A stretch of DNA of 64,000 nucleotides from Mobula hypostoma (Eukaryota): positions 111,850,001-111,914,000 of the forward strand of contig NC_086107.1 in NCBI RefSeq assembly GCF_963921235.1, read 5' to 3'. Position 1 is the first letter of the stretch, and every line of letters starts with the position of its first letter. Of the stretch, positions 1-11,900 are shown in pieces. Below the pieces are notes generated by a model. That model was given only the letters and a program-made list of their open reading frames with translations, made no database searches and was not told the DNA's origin. A program made the translations under genes and the position numbers.

Positions 1-1419
1 ACATTTCTATTTTATGAGGAAGTGAGAGTTTGACACAAATGGTTTCATTAATATTTAACTTGGAAGGTTGCAGTGCAAGCACTACTCAGAGTGAACCGAG
101 CAAAAAGCAAATATAATCACAATGCCCCAGAGTCATGCTTTTCCTTTCTCAAACACCTTTCAGAATGTTCTGGAAGCAGTAATGTCTCTGCATCTCTCTC
201 TGGGACCCTGGAAAAGAGTTAGGGATTCAAACATTTAGGGTACATTAAGTGGAAGGAAAGCCCGCAGGGCTCATTTCCTGCTGTGGTTTTCTTCTGTAGA
301 TCCAGGCAGACTTACTGGAACTTTCCACTCACTACAACAAATTGCTCTTCACAGCTTTAGGGATCTGGTTTCACTCCTGCCTTCTGGTGTGGAACCATCA
401 GTGTGCATTTTCCACTAAGTGTCATACCAAAGATCTGCCAATAAGTTAATTGGTTACTATAAATTACCTTTTATTTTATTGATTTATTTGTTTGTTTTAC
501 TTAGAGATTTATTTATTTATTGAGATACAGCAAGGATTAGGTCCTCCTAGGCCTTGAAGCAACGCCACCCAGCAACCCCCGACTTAACCTCAGCATAATT
601 ACAGGAAAGTTTACAATGACCAATTAACCTACCGTCCAGTACATCCTTGGAATGTGGCAGGAAACCAGAAGAAACAGGAAGAACGTACAAACACCTCACT
701 GTAATGGGTACTGTTCCTTCTTAGCTGCGCAGGCGCGTGGCCACGCGGTAACTGAAATGCTCCCACGCACGTAGCCTTTGTTAACGCGCAGCTGGAGTTT
801 TCTTTTATATAATGCGAATAAAAAAGTTCCATGCACTTTTCGGGCTGCGTAAATGTTTTCAGCTCAGCGCAATGGAGGTACGAAAAAAATTAGAGTTGGT
901 GGTAGGAATTGTACCTGGGTCGCTGGCGCTGTGATAGCGTTGTGTGAACTGTTATAATGGCAATGAATAAAATGGCCAAAGGAGATTGGTTGAGTAGACA
1001 TGAGAGAGAAGTTTACATGAGTGTAGAGAAATAGTGGGAGGGAGTTGGAAATCTTGATCTTGCTCCTCTGGGATGTCATGGACCTAATGGGCCAAATGGC
1101 CTTTACTTTTTTTAAATATAAGAGTCACCTCAGTAACAGTTAGCTGCGTGTGATAACATTCCTTAAAGCTGTGCAGTGTTAAGGCAGCAGTGATTGTTAA
1201 CAACCAGTCTTAGAATGGCACCAATGTAGCCTGGCAACTCTGGAAATAACAATGGAATAAGAAACAGATCATGTTTCAGTGGTTAATCAAGGATAACCTG
1301 CCCAAGGGCACAAGGAGATCTCCTCTACTGTTCCGCAACTAGACTGGAATAAAATGCTGCCATCCAGTGTTTTGATGGCGACCATTCCCGATGCAGTGCT
1401 TTTGTCTACCCAGATCCAC

Positions 1420-2182
1420 TTACACCAGAGGCACTTTATTGGGTGCCTCCTACACACCTGCTCGTCAATGCGAATATCTAATCTGCCAGAAACTTCATGT
1501 ATAAAAGTGTGCAGACATGAGGTTCAGCTGTTGTTCAGACCAAACATCAGAATGGGGAAGGAATGCGATCTAAGTGACTTTGACTGACGAAGGGTCTCGG
1601 CCCGAAACGTCGATTGTACCCCTTCCTAGAGATGCTGCCTGGCCTGCTGCGTTCACCAGCAACTTTGATGTGTGTTGCTTGAATTTCCAGCATCTGCAGA
1701 ATTCCTCGTGTTGACGGTGGAATGATTGTTGGTGCCAGACGGGGTGGTTTGAGTATCTCAGAAACTGCTGATCTCCAGGGATTTTCACGCACAGCTGTCT
1801 CTAGAGCAGGAGTTCCCAACCTGGGGTCCACACACCCCTCGGTTAGTGATAGGTGTCCATGGCATAAAAAAGTTTGGGAACCCCTACTCTAGAGTTTACA
1901 GAGAACAGTGCAACAAACAAAGAGCATCCAGTGAGTGGCAGTTCTGTTGGTGAAAATGCCTTGCTAATGAGAGAGGTTAGAGGAGAATGGTTTAAGCAGG
2001 GAGGAAGACAACAGCAACTCAAATAACCACGTGTCAAAACAGTGGTATGCAGAAGTGCATCTCTGAATGTACAACACATCAAACCTCAAAGTGGATGGGC
2101 TTCAGAGGCAGAAGACTACAAGCATACACTCATTGGCCACTTTACTATGATCAGGATGCACCCAGCAAAGTGGCCACCGAGT
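1420..2182 (+). mobile_element. Tc1-derived non-autonomous element with two nested insertions
   Basis: MGKECDLSDFD...GARRGGLSISETADL transposase N-terminus; TIR-like ends cactttatt / aaagtggccaccgagtg. Confidence 0.8.
1807..1886. mobile_element. 80-bp hAT (Charlie-like) MITE
   Basis: TIRs caggagttcccaac / gtttgggaacccta-like; exact 8-bp TSD ctctagag at 1799-1806 and 1887-1894. Confidence 0.85.
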
Positions 2183-2579
2183 GTATTTGCTTGAATCAGC
2201 AAAGGAATGGGATTTGAACTCTTGTCTCCAAGCCTCTGTACATTTCCGCCAACAACCACTGTGTGACCAAGCAGAAGGGAGTGGACAATCTACCCCAGGG
2301 AGAAACAAATGCCTGTGTGGTTCCACTATTACAGCTTGGTGGGCCAACTTTACGACTCTAAACTAGAAAATAACATCAACCCAACAGGAAATATCATGTC
2401 AATAATAAATGTTAACCTCATTTCTTGTTGGAATACGAATCAGGAAATAACTGCTTTAACTTACATCAGCCAAATTCCTCAGTGTTATTATTTCAGTGGA
2501 ACTGTCCTGCAATTACAAAGTAAGCACAGCAGCGCCTCTACTTCCTTAGAAGTTGCCAAGATTCGGCATGATAACTTAA

Positions 2580-3208
2580 AAGTTCAATAAACTTCTTTAG
2601 ATGTGTGGTGGAGGGTATATTGATTGGCTGCATCACAGCCTGGTATGGAAACACAGAATATCAAAATAGAGTAGTGGACACAGCCCATTTCATCATGGGC
2701 AATGCCCTCCCCACAGTTGAGCATATTTACAGACTACTGCATTCATCATCAAGGACTCCCACCACCCAGGCCATGCTCTCTTCTCACTGCTGCCATCAGG
2801 TAGAAGATACAGGAGCCTCAGAACGGATACCACCAGGTTCAGGAAAAGTGATTATCCCTCAGCCATCAGGCTATTGAACCAAAGGGGACAATTTCACTCA
2901 ACTTTATTTGCCCCATCACTGAACTGTACCCATAACCAATGGACTCACGTTCAAGGACTCTTCATCTCACGTTCTCATTATTTATTGCTTTTATTTATTA
3001 TTATTATTTTTCTTCTTTTGTATTTACAAAGTTAGTTACCTTTTGCGCATCGACAGTTTGTCCGTCCTGCTGGATGCGGTCTTTTCCTTGATTCTATTAT
3101 GGTTCTTAGATTTACTGAGCGTGCCCAGAAAAAGAAAACAAATTTCAGGGTTGTAGATGGTGACATAGCTGTACCTTGAAAATAAATTTACTTTGAACTT
3201 TGAACTTT
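2580..3208 (+). mobile_element. Rex1/Babar 3' fragment
   Basis: VVEGILIGCITAWYGN; tail tttgaactttgaacttt. Confidence 0.75.
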
Positions 3209-3614
3209 AAAAAATATTCCAGAATCATAAAATCATAAACTTTTATTAAATCTGCGAGGGAATTGCAAAAGGCTAAACTTCCTTCTCAATGCTAATAATA
3301 ATTAGATTTGTCCTGAAGGTACAAAGGTCATAAGATTTAGGATTCAATAAACTCCCGCTGTTCCCATCTTCCCTTATCCTTGGTTGTATTATTTATTGAG
3401 ATACAGTGTGGAATAGGCCCTTCTAGCCCTTTGAGCCACACCTTCCAGCAATCCCTCGATTTAACCCTAGTCTAATTACAGGGCAATTTACAATGACCAA
3501 TTAACCTACCGACCGGTACGTCTTTGAAATGAGGGAGGAAACCGGAGCACCTGGAGGAAACCCACATATTCCATGAGGAGGTGCACAGACTCCTTACAGC
3601 TGACATTGGAACTG

Positions 3615-3902
3615 GGGGCGGCACGGCCGCGCAGTGGTTAGCACAACACTTTACCGTACCAGCGACCTAGGTTCAATTCCTGCCGCTGCCTGTAAGGAGT
3701 TTGTACGTTCTCCACGTGACCCCGTGGGTTTCCTCCGGGTGCTCCGGTTTCCGTCCACCATCCAGAGGTGTAGTGGTTAATAGGTTAATTGGTCATTGTA
3801 AAGTTGTCCCGTGATTAGGCTAAGGTTAAATCGGGGGTTGCTGGGCGGTGCGACTCGAAGGGCTGGAAGGACTTACTCCACTCTGTATCTCAGTAAAAAA
3901 AA
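3615..3902 (+). mobile_element. tRNA-derived V-SINE/HE1-like SINE nested in an antisense copy (about 3395-3612)
   Basis: A/B-box-like head (cagtggttagc, ggttcaattcc), core gggtttcctccgggtgctccggtttcc, A-rich tail. Related copies at about 510-700(-), 23080-23285(-), 24670-24960(-), 25680-25955(+), 26220-26420(-). Confidence 0.8.
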
Positions 3903-4084
3903 ATTGAACTCTGAACTCTGTAACGACATCGCGTAACTGCTACGCTACCGTGACATCATAATCTAATTGAGTCCACAAACTGGCCCTTCAGTCCACAATC
4001 TCCACTCCTATCATTCCAATCACCTGCACGTATCATAGATTGGTTCGATAATATCTATGCTGTCAATACAACACCAATTCTACT

Positions 4085-4270
4085 TATCCCTGCAAGTGGC
4101 CTAAGTGCTACACCTGCCCATTCGCCTCCTCCCTCACCTCTATCCAGGGGCCAAACAGTCCCTCCAGGTGAGGCAACACTTCACCCGCAAATTTGCTAAG
4201 GTCGTCTACTGTGTCCTATGCTCCCAATGCGGCCTCTTCGACATTGGTGGGACCCATCGTAAATTGACCC
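4085..4270 (+). mobile_element. Penelope-like GIY-YIG endonuclease fragment
   Basis: KQSLQVRQHFT...VVYCVLCSQCGLFDIGGT. Confidence 0.75.
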
Positions 4271-4289
4271 GCTTGACCCATCGTCAGTT

Positions 4290-4690
4290 GATGGCTCTGA
4301 TCTGTACTCAATGGAGTTTGGAAGAGTGAGAGGGGATCTCATAGAAACCTATCGAAATGTTGAAAGGCCTTGATAGACTACATGTGGAGAAGATGTTTCC
4401 TATGGTGGGGGAGTCTAAGACCAGAGGACACAGCCTCAGAACAGAGGGATGTCCCTTTAGAACAGAGATAAGGAGAAATTTCTTCAGTCAAGGAGAGGCG
4501 AATCTGTGGAATTGATTACCACATGTGGCAATGGAGGCCAAGTCATTGGGTACATCTAAGGCAGAGATTGATAGGTTTTTGATTAGTCAGGGCAGAAGAT
4601 TGGAGCTGAGAGGAAAATGGATCAGTAATAATGAAATGGCAGAGCAGAACTGATGAGTCAAAAGACCTAATTCTGCTCCTATATCACTGG
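4290..4690 (+). mobile_element. CR1 3' fragment
   Basis: LYSMEF...RGDLIETY-like, RTEIRRNFFSQ-like sequence, CR1 3' UTR. Confidence 0.8.
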
Positions 4691-5359
4691 ACAATTTTTT
4701 TTTTTGATAGTTTTGTTTCCTCAGAAATTTTTTTCTTTATGATAAACCACTTGAAGCTGAACACAAGTAACTTCAGACTACTTGTAATATGTAGGAATAA
4801 GGAGAAACAAAAAATAACTGTTATCGAAAATAATGCACTTCATTGCATAACGTTGCTGACGCTTTGCAATAGTTCAACAAAGCTAAAAATGTTTTGTTAA
4901 TGATTTTCATTTGAACTCAGTGTCTGAGGCTTCTCGCTTAAGTGTCCAACAATAATCAGCCAGCATTGATGGATTCCAGTTGCCCTGATACCGTTTCTCC
5001 GTGACTGCGATGTCCTGGTGAAACCTTTCACCGTGCTTGTCACTGACAGCGTCAAGATTTGCAGGGAAGAAGTCTAAATGGGAATTTAGAAAATGAATCT
5101 TTAGTGATATGCCTCACTTCATGGTTTCAGCTTACCTTGTAGGCAACATTTTAATTACCTTGATTTATGAATAGAAATAACAAATACAGGTGACTTTTCT
5201 AAAAAAGATGCAATAGTGAAATTCCATGGTGATTTTCATGATGAGCAGGCCAAAATCCATAAGATACACCCAAAAATATTCAGGAAGCAAAATCTTTGTT
5301 GTCTTATAACTGTTAACACTCAGTAACATAATAAATGGTTGTAGTGGTGGGTTTGTCAG

Positions 5360-5860
5360 AATCAGAATCTGGTTTATTTTCACTGGCATACATCATGACA
5401 TTTGTTGTTTTGTGACAATAGTACAATGCAATACATAAAATAATACGTTACAATAAAAAAAGGGAGAAGTTTCATAAATCTGATGGCCGAGGGGGAAAAG
5501 CTGTTCCCAAAACTCTGAGTGTCACCAAGCTCCTGTACCTCCTCTCTGATGGTGTAATGAGAAGAGGGCATGTCCTTGATGGTGATGGTCCTTAACGACA
5601 GAAGTCATCTTTTTGAGGAACCACCTTCTGAAGATGGTGTGGAGGCTTGTGTCCATGATGAGGTTGGCCGATTCTACAACCTGAAGCCTCCTTCAATCGT
5701 GTGCTGTGGCACCTCCACACCAGGGGGTGATGCAGCCAGTCAGAATGCCCACCAACATGCATTTGTGGGAATTTGTTAGTCTTTGGTGACATAAGAAACC
5801 TTCTCAGACTCCCGATGAAGTATAGTAACTGGCGTTCTTTCTTTGTGATGACATCACAGG
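5360..5860 (-). mobile_element. Rex1/Babar 3' fragment
   Basis: KKERQLLYFIGSLRRF; FGNSFSPSAIR; cagaat-repeat tail. Confidence 0.7.
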
Positions 5861-5958
5861 AACTTATGCAAAGGATTGCAAGAAGTAAAGTCATTACTGA
5901 TATGAGATCAGTTATGATTATAGTTTCTTAATAATGTTCTCTCTTTTTTCATCAACAG

Positions 5959-5986
5959 GAAGGTGTTTGCAGTCAAAATTGCTCAG
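5959..5986 (+). CDS. 28-nt micro-exon (EGVCSQNCS + G), probably just after the signal-peptide exon
   Basis: Strong pyrimidine tract and acceptor ttctctcttttttcatcaacag|GAA, donor CAG|gtgagt. The phase-1 end G joins AT at 22154 to give D-IQVSPVNTT in frame. Confidence 0.65.
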
Positions 5987-8900
5987 GTGAGTTCCATAGT
6001 TCTACTTAGTTTCGATGATCATTTCTAGTTGAGCACGCTGCCAAATTAAAAACAGCAATAGTAATGTTCAAAGTTCAAACCCATTTATTATCAAAGTATG
6101 TATAAATTAGACAGCCTTGAGATCCGTCTCCACACAGGCAGCCACAGAACAAGAAACCTGGAAATACCCATTAAAAGAAAAGACCAACACAACACCCAAA
6201 GTTCACAGAGAGAGAGAAAAAAAACACAAATTGTGCAAACAGTAAAAACAAGTAGCATTCAGAACTAAAGTGGGTCCAAAGGCACGGAGCCCGGAGAAGC
6301 CGGAGCAGGCCCACGAATGGAGCCCAAGGCAGGATCATGGCCGTACCTTAGTGCCGTGGAGAGCAAATGTCGCGGAGCATCAAGTAGAACAGTCCCGACA
6401 CCTGGCCTTTTCAATCCTGTGGGAAAGGAAAACTAAATCAGCAATTCAGGTGGCCCTTCCTCAGAACTGTCCAACATGTCTTAATTAGTAGAGAAGAAGG
6501 AGTGTGGAGAGGACAGGAGCGATGTCTGCGCTGAAATGATGGTATAATTGGCTAGCTGTAAATTTAAATTAGGTTAGTGACAAAATTCAAGTTCATGTTT
6601 CATTATCATTCAACCATACATGAATATAGCCAAACGAAACAGCTTTCTTTGAGGGCCAAGCTGCAAAACACATTACTGCACATAGTACACAGCACCGAGA
6701 GCACAGAGGGTTATGGTTTCAGAACTCCCTGTATGGCACAATGAGATTTTCGGTAAGTTGTCCAGGTCCCGCTTGTTCTTCCACCGAGCGAGCACTGGAG
6801 TGTAGCACCAAGCGAAGAGCGGAGGGCAGTACCGAGCCAACGCTTGTGCGCAGCACCGAGCGAGCACTGGAGTGCAACACCAGGTGTACACAGGAGCTCA
6901 GCACTGAGCGAACACCAGCGAACAGTACCGCCTTGGCGTCTCCTCCCCTGAGCTTCTCAAATGAATCAAAGGGAATTGAAAGTCATGTGAGAGAGGATAA
7001 TTTAATGGAATACAGGGAAATAAGGAGAGGGGAAAATCCAACTGGTGTAATTATACTCTTCACCCGGGAGACAACAAGCAATTTGATGGGTCTATATCAT
7101 CGTAAGACTAGAATCGTAGATAACGTGGTGGTTGTTGTAATGTATTATTATCTAGTTCTTCTCTGAGCCAGTGGCGACGTTTTTTTGCTTGCAGATTATC
7201 TTGGATTACTGCATGATTGTTAGCAGATGCCCATGTGTTTACAGCAAAGAGTTTGGTTGGTAGACATGTGTTCTCTCAGCACATTCACAGGCAATAAAGA
7301 AAAACAGCCAAAAGAGTAAAGATCAGCTTCCTCCATGTTAATATCTAACAGTGTTGGTGAAGTAAACACGGAGGAAGCTGGAAATAGTCAGCAGGAAGGA
7401 GAGCAGCTGTGCAGAAAAAAACAAGGTCAGCATTTCAGATCAATGACCTATTGTCAGGTCTGGCCAATTTTGATGCAAACTGGAAGGGCTGGTTATCTGG
7501 AATTGTTGATTTGGCAAGGTACAATCCTTGGGATTTAACAGTGAATTCAACATTTTAGCTCATGTGGTGAATCTGTGGAACTCATATAACCATATAACAT
7601 ATAACCATATAACAATTACAGCACGGAAACAGGCCATCTCAACCCTTCTAGTCCGTGCCAAACTCTTACTCTCACCTAGTCCCATCGACCTGCACTCAGC
7701 CCATAACCCTCCATTCCTTTCCTGTCCATCTAGCTATCCAATTTAACTTTAAATGACAACATCGAACCTGCCTCAACCACTTCTGCTGGAAGCTCGTTCC
7801 ACACAGCTACCACTCTCTGAGTAAAGAAGTTCCCCCTCATGTTACCCCTAAACTTTTGCCCTTTAACTCTCAACTCATGTCCTCTTGTTTGAATCTCCCT
7901 CACTCTCAATGGAAAAAGCCTATCCACGTCAACCCTATCTATCCCCCTCATAATTTTAAATACCTCTATCAAGTCCCCCCTCAAACTTCTGCGCTCCAAA
8001 GAATAAAGACCCAACTTGTTCAACCTTTCTCTGTAAAGGTCATTGCCACAGGCAGCTGGGGAGGCCAAATCATTGGGTATATTTAAGGCAGAGGTTGATA
8101 GATTCTTGATTAGTCAGGGCATGAAGAGACATAAGGAGAAGGGAGGAGATTGGGGCTGAGAAGGAAAATGGATCAGCCATGATGAAATGGTGGAGTAGAT
8201 TCGATGGGCCAAATGGCCTAATTTTTAAAAAAAAGAACAGACCACCATGACATCTTAACATGAAGGAAGTTTGGATGCTACTGAAACACTGTAAGATGCC
8301 AAAGATAGAGAGGAACAGAGTGAAAGTGGGATGGAGAATTAAAACGATGGGCAACTGGAAATTCAGATGCCCCAACGCAAACTGAATGGAAATGTTCTAC
8401 AAAGCAAAATCCAAGTCTCTATTTGGTAATTCCAAACTAAAGAAGGTCATGTCATGAGCATGTTGAAGGAGGAAAGGGATTAGTAAGAGATTAGGTGTTG
8501 TACCTGCTGCGGTTGGAAGAAAAACCGTGGCATGAGATGCAATGTGGTGTTGGTGGTAAGGACCAGAGTATTGGGAGGGAGTAAGCACTTTGGAGTGTCA
8601 AGGGGGAGGGGAAGATAACAAATTTTACAACCAATTTGAAGAGTAAGAATGAGTCCAAGGTTGGTATTTTAAGATTAAGGCAGTTTTGATGGAACTCAAT
8701 CAGCACTGGCACTGAAAAACCTACAAACTGAAGTGTATGCATCCCAGCCCATCATGGGTAAAGTCTTCCCCACCAGTGAGGACATAAGAACATAAGACAG
8801 TAGGATATAGGAACAGAATTAGGCCATCCAGGCCATTCCATCATGACTGATCCATTTCCCTCTCAACCCCATTCTCCTGCCTCCTCCCCGTATCCTTTCA

Positions 8901-11900
8901 TGCCCTGATTAATCCAGATCCTATCAACCTTTACCTTAGATACACCCAATGACATGGCCTCAGCAGCGGCCTGTAGCAATGAATTCCAAAGATTCTCCAC
9001 CCTCTGGCTAAAGAAAATGTTCCTCATCTACGTTCTAAATGGACATCCCTCAATTTTGAGGCTGCACCCTCAGGTCCGAGACTCCCCCATCATAGGAAAC
9101 ATCCTCTCCACATCCACTGTATCGAGGCCTTTCAACATTTGATAGGTTTCAATGAGGTCTCTACCCCCACCCCCATTCTTCTAAACTCCATCAAGTACAG
9201 GCTCAAGGTCACCAATTGCCCCTTACATGATAAGTCTTTCATTCCCGGAATCATTCTCCTGAACCCTCTAGAACATCAGCACATCCTTTCTTAAATAAGG
9301 GTTCAAAAACTGCTCACAATACTCCAAGTGAGGCCTCACCAGTGCTTTATAAAGCCTCAACATTACATCCTTGTTTTTATATTCTTGTCCTTTTGAAACA
9401 AATGCTTACATTGTATTTACCTTCCTTATTACTAACGCAACCTCCATATTTATTGCTTATTTATTTATCACAATTATTAGTTCTTTTTTTCTCTTTCTTT
9501 TAGTATTTGAAGTTTGCTGGGTTAATGATTTTTTTTCCCAAAGTACATATATGTCAACACATACAACCCTGAGATTCATTTTCTTGTGGGCAAACTCAGC
9601 AAATCTATAGAATAGTAACTATAACAGGATCAATGAAAGATCAACCAGAGTGCAGAAGACAACAAACTGTGCAAATGTAAATATCAATAAATAGCAATAA
9701 GTATTGAGAACATGAGATGATGAGATAAAGAATCCTTAAAAGTGAGATCATCGATTGTGGGAACATCTCATAGGTTGAGCAAGTAAATGTAGTTAACCAC
9801 TTTGTTCAAGAGCCTGATGGTTGAGGGGTAGTAACTGTTCTTGAACTGGTGGTGCGAGTCCTGAGGCTCCTGTACCTTCTACTTGATGGCAGCAGCAAGA
9901 AGAGAGCATGGTCTGGGTGGTGGGGATCTCTGATGATGGGTGTTGTTTTCCTATGACAGCGTTTCATGTAGACGTGCTCAATGGTTCGGAGTGCTTTACC
10001 CGTGATGTACTGGGCCAGGTCCACTACCTTTTAAGGATTTTCCTTTCAAAGCCATTGGTGTGTCCATACCAGGCTGTGATGCAGCCAGTCAATACACTGT
10101 CCACTACACACCGATAGAAGTTCGTCAAAGTTTTAGAAGTAATGCCGAATCTCTGCAGACTCCTAAAGAAGTTGAGGTCCTGCTGGGCTTTCTTCGTAAT
10201 TGCACTTCGTGCTGGGTTCAGGACGGGTCCTCTGAAATAGTAACACCCGGGAATTTAATGCTGCTAACACTCTCCACCTCTGTTCTTCTGAGTTCTTAAA
10301 ATCGAGTGGATATTGAGGAAATTTATGCATAGATTTTGATTTCCTGAATTTCTCAGGTGCAGTGAAGGTTCCATTTAAATGGAGAATGACAAATTATTAA
10401 AAAAATGGAGAAGAGACAGAAAACAGGAAAGTACAGGGCAGTTAGCTTAGCATTCAATAACAGGAAAATGTCGGAAGCTATATCCAAACAACAGGAATTC
10501 TGCAGATGCTGGAAATTCAAGCAACATACATCAAAGTTGGTGAACGCAGCAGGCCAAGCAGCATCTGTAGGAAGAGGTACAGACGATGTTTCAGGCCGAG
10601 ACCCTTCGTCAGGACTAACTTCCTTCAGTTAGTCCTGACGAAGGGTCTCGGCCTGAAACGTCGACTGCACCTCTTATTACAGATGCTGCTTGGCCTGCTG
10701 CGTTCACCAGCAACTTTGATGTAAGAAGCTATATCCAGTTGTGCCAGCTGGAAAAATGGGCAGAAAGAATGGGAGATGGAATTTAATTCAGTCAAGTGTG
10801 TGATGTTGCACTTGGGGGGGCCGGGGGGTGGACAAACCAGGGTAGTACTTACACAGTGAACGGTAGGGCACTGTGGAGTGTGGTAGAGCGAAGAAGTCTG
10901 GGAATTCAGATCCAGAGTGTCACAGATAGATAGGGTTGTAAAGAGAGCTTTTGGAACAGTGGCTTTCATAAATCAGATTATTAAGTACAGGAGTTGGGGT
11001 GTTATGTTGAAGCTGTAGAAGATGTTGCTGAGGCCAAATTTGGAGTATTGTGTACAGCTCTGGTCACCTGCCTACAGGAAAGATATCAATAAGATTGAAA
11101 GAGTGCAGAGCGAGTTTACAAAGATGTTGCTCAGACTTGAGGATCTGAGTTACAGGGAAAGCTGAATAGGTTAGGGTTTTTTCTCCCCCTGCATGGAGGA
11201 ATGAGGGGAGATTTGATAGAGGTATACAAAATTATGAGGGTTATATATAGGGTAAATGCAAGCTGTTTTTTTCCACTGAGGTTGGCTGAGACTAGAACTA
11301 CAGGTTATAGGATTGGGATGAAAGGTGAAATACTTAAGGAGAATCTGAGTGGGAAATTCTTCACTCAAGCGTGGAATGTGTTGCCAGCGGAAATGATGGA
11401 TGCAGGTTTAATTGCAGCATTGAAAAGAAGTTTGGATAGGTACATGGATGGGAGAGATGTGGAGGGCTATGGTCTAGGTGCAGGTTGATAGAGGTAGGCA
11501 GTTCAAATGGCTCAGGTGGACTAGATGGGCCGAAGGGCCTGTTTCTGTGCTGTAGAGTTCTATGACTCTATCATTAAGACTATTATAGCAAAGCAATTCA
11601 GAAATATTCAAGGTCAGAAGACAGTCAACGTGTAAAATGGTTGTGTGATTTGGCAAATAAACTGCAAATGTAGCGTAATGTGAAGAAATGTGATATCATC
11701 CACTCTAGTCGAATAAATAAAGAATAAAGGAATAAATATCTTCTGATTACAGCCATAGAAAAGTACGACCAGAAGCAGGCCCTTTGGTCCATCTAGTCCA
11801 TGCCGAACCATTTAAACTTCCTACTCCCATTGACCTGCCCACCATCCATGTGTCTATCCAAACTTCTCTTGAACACATGCTCACATGCACCACACTCTCA

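Noticed and set aside
273..288. Adjacent ETS-like (atttcctg) and RUNX-like (tgtggtt) motifs
   Set aside because: Short motifs expected by chance; no conservation or chromatin data.
709..890. Possible hAT MITE inside a SINE
   Set aside because: Only one plausible TIR end and no TSD found.
3615..3690. tRNA-like sequence (also at 13470-13545)
   Set aside because: These are SINE heads followed by SINE bodies, not complete tRNA cloverleaves.
5109..5144. ATG...MPHFMVSAYL followed by gtaggc as a possible first coding exon
   Set aside because: Too short and not hydrophobic enough for a signal peptide; weak donor; no other support.
6782..6930. CRISPR-like repeat-spacer look of the 24-bp array
   Set aside because: Eukaryotic context, anchor too short, cores partly repeated, no cas genes.
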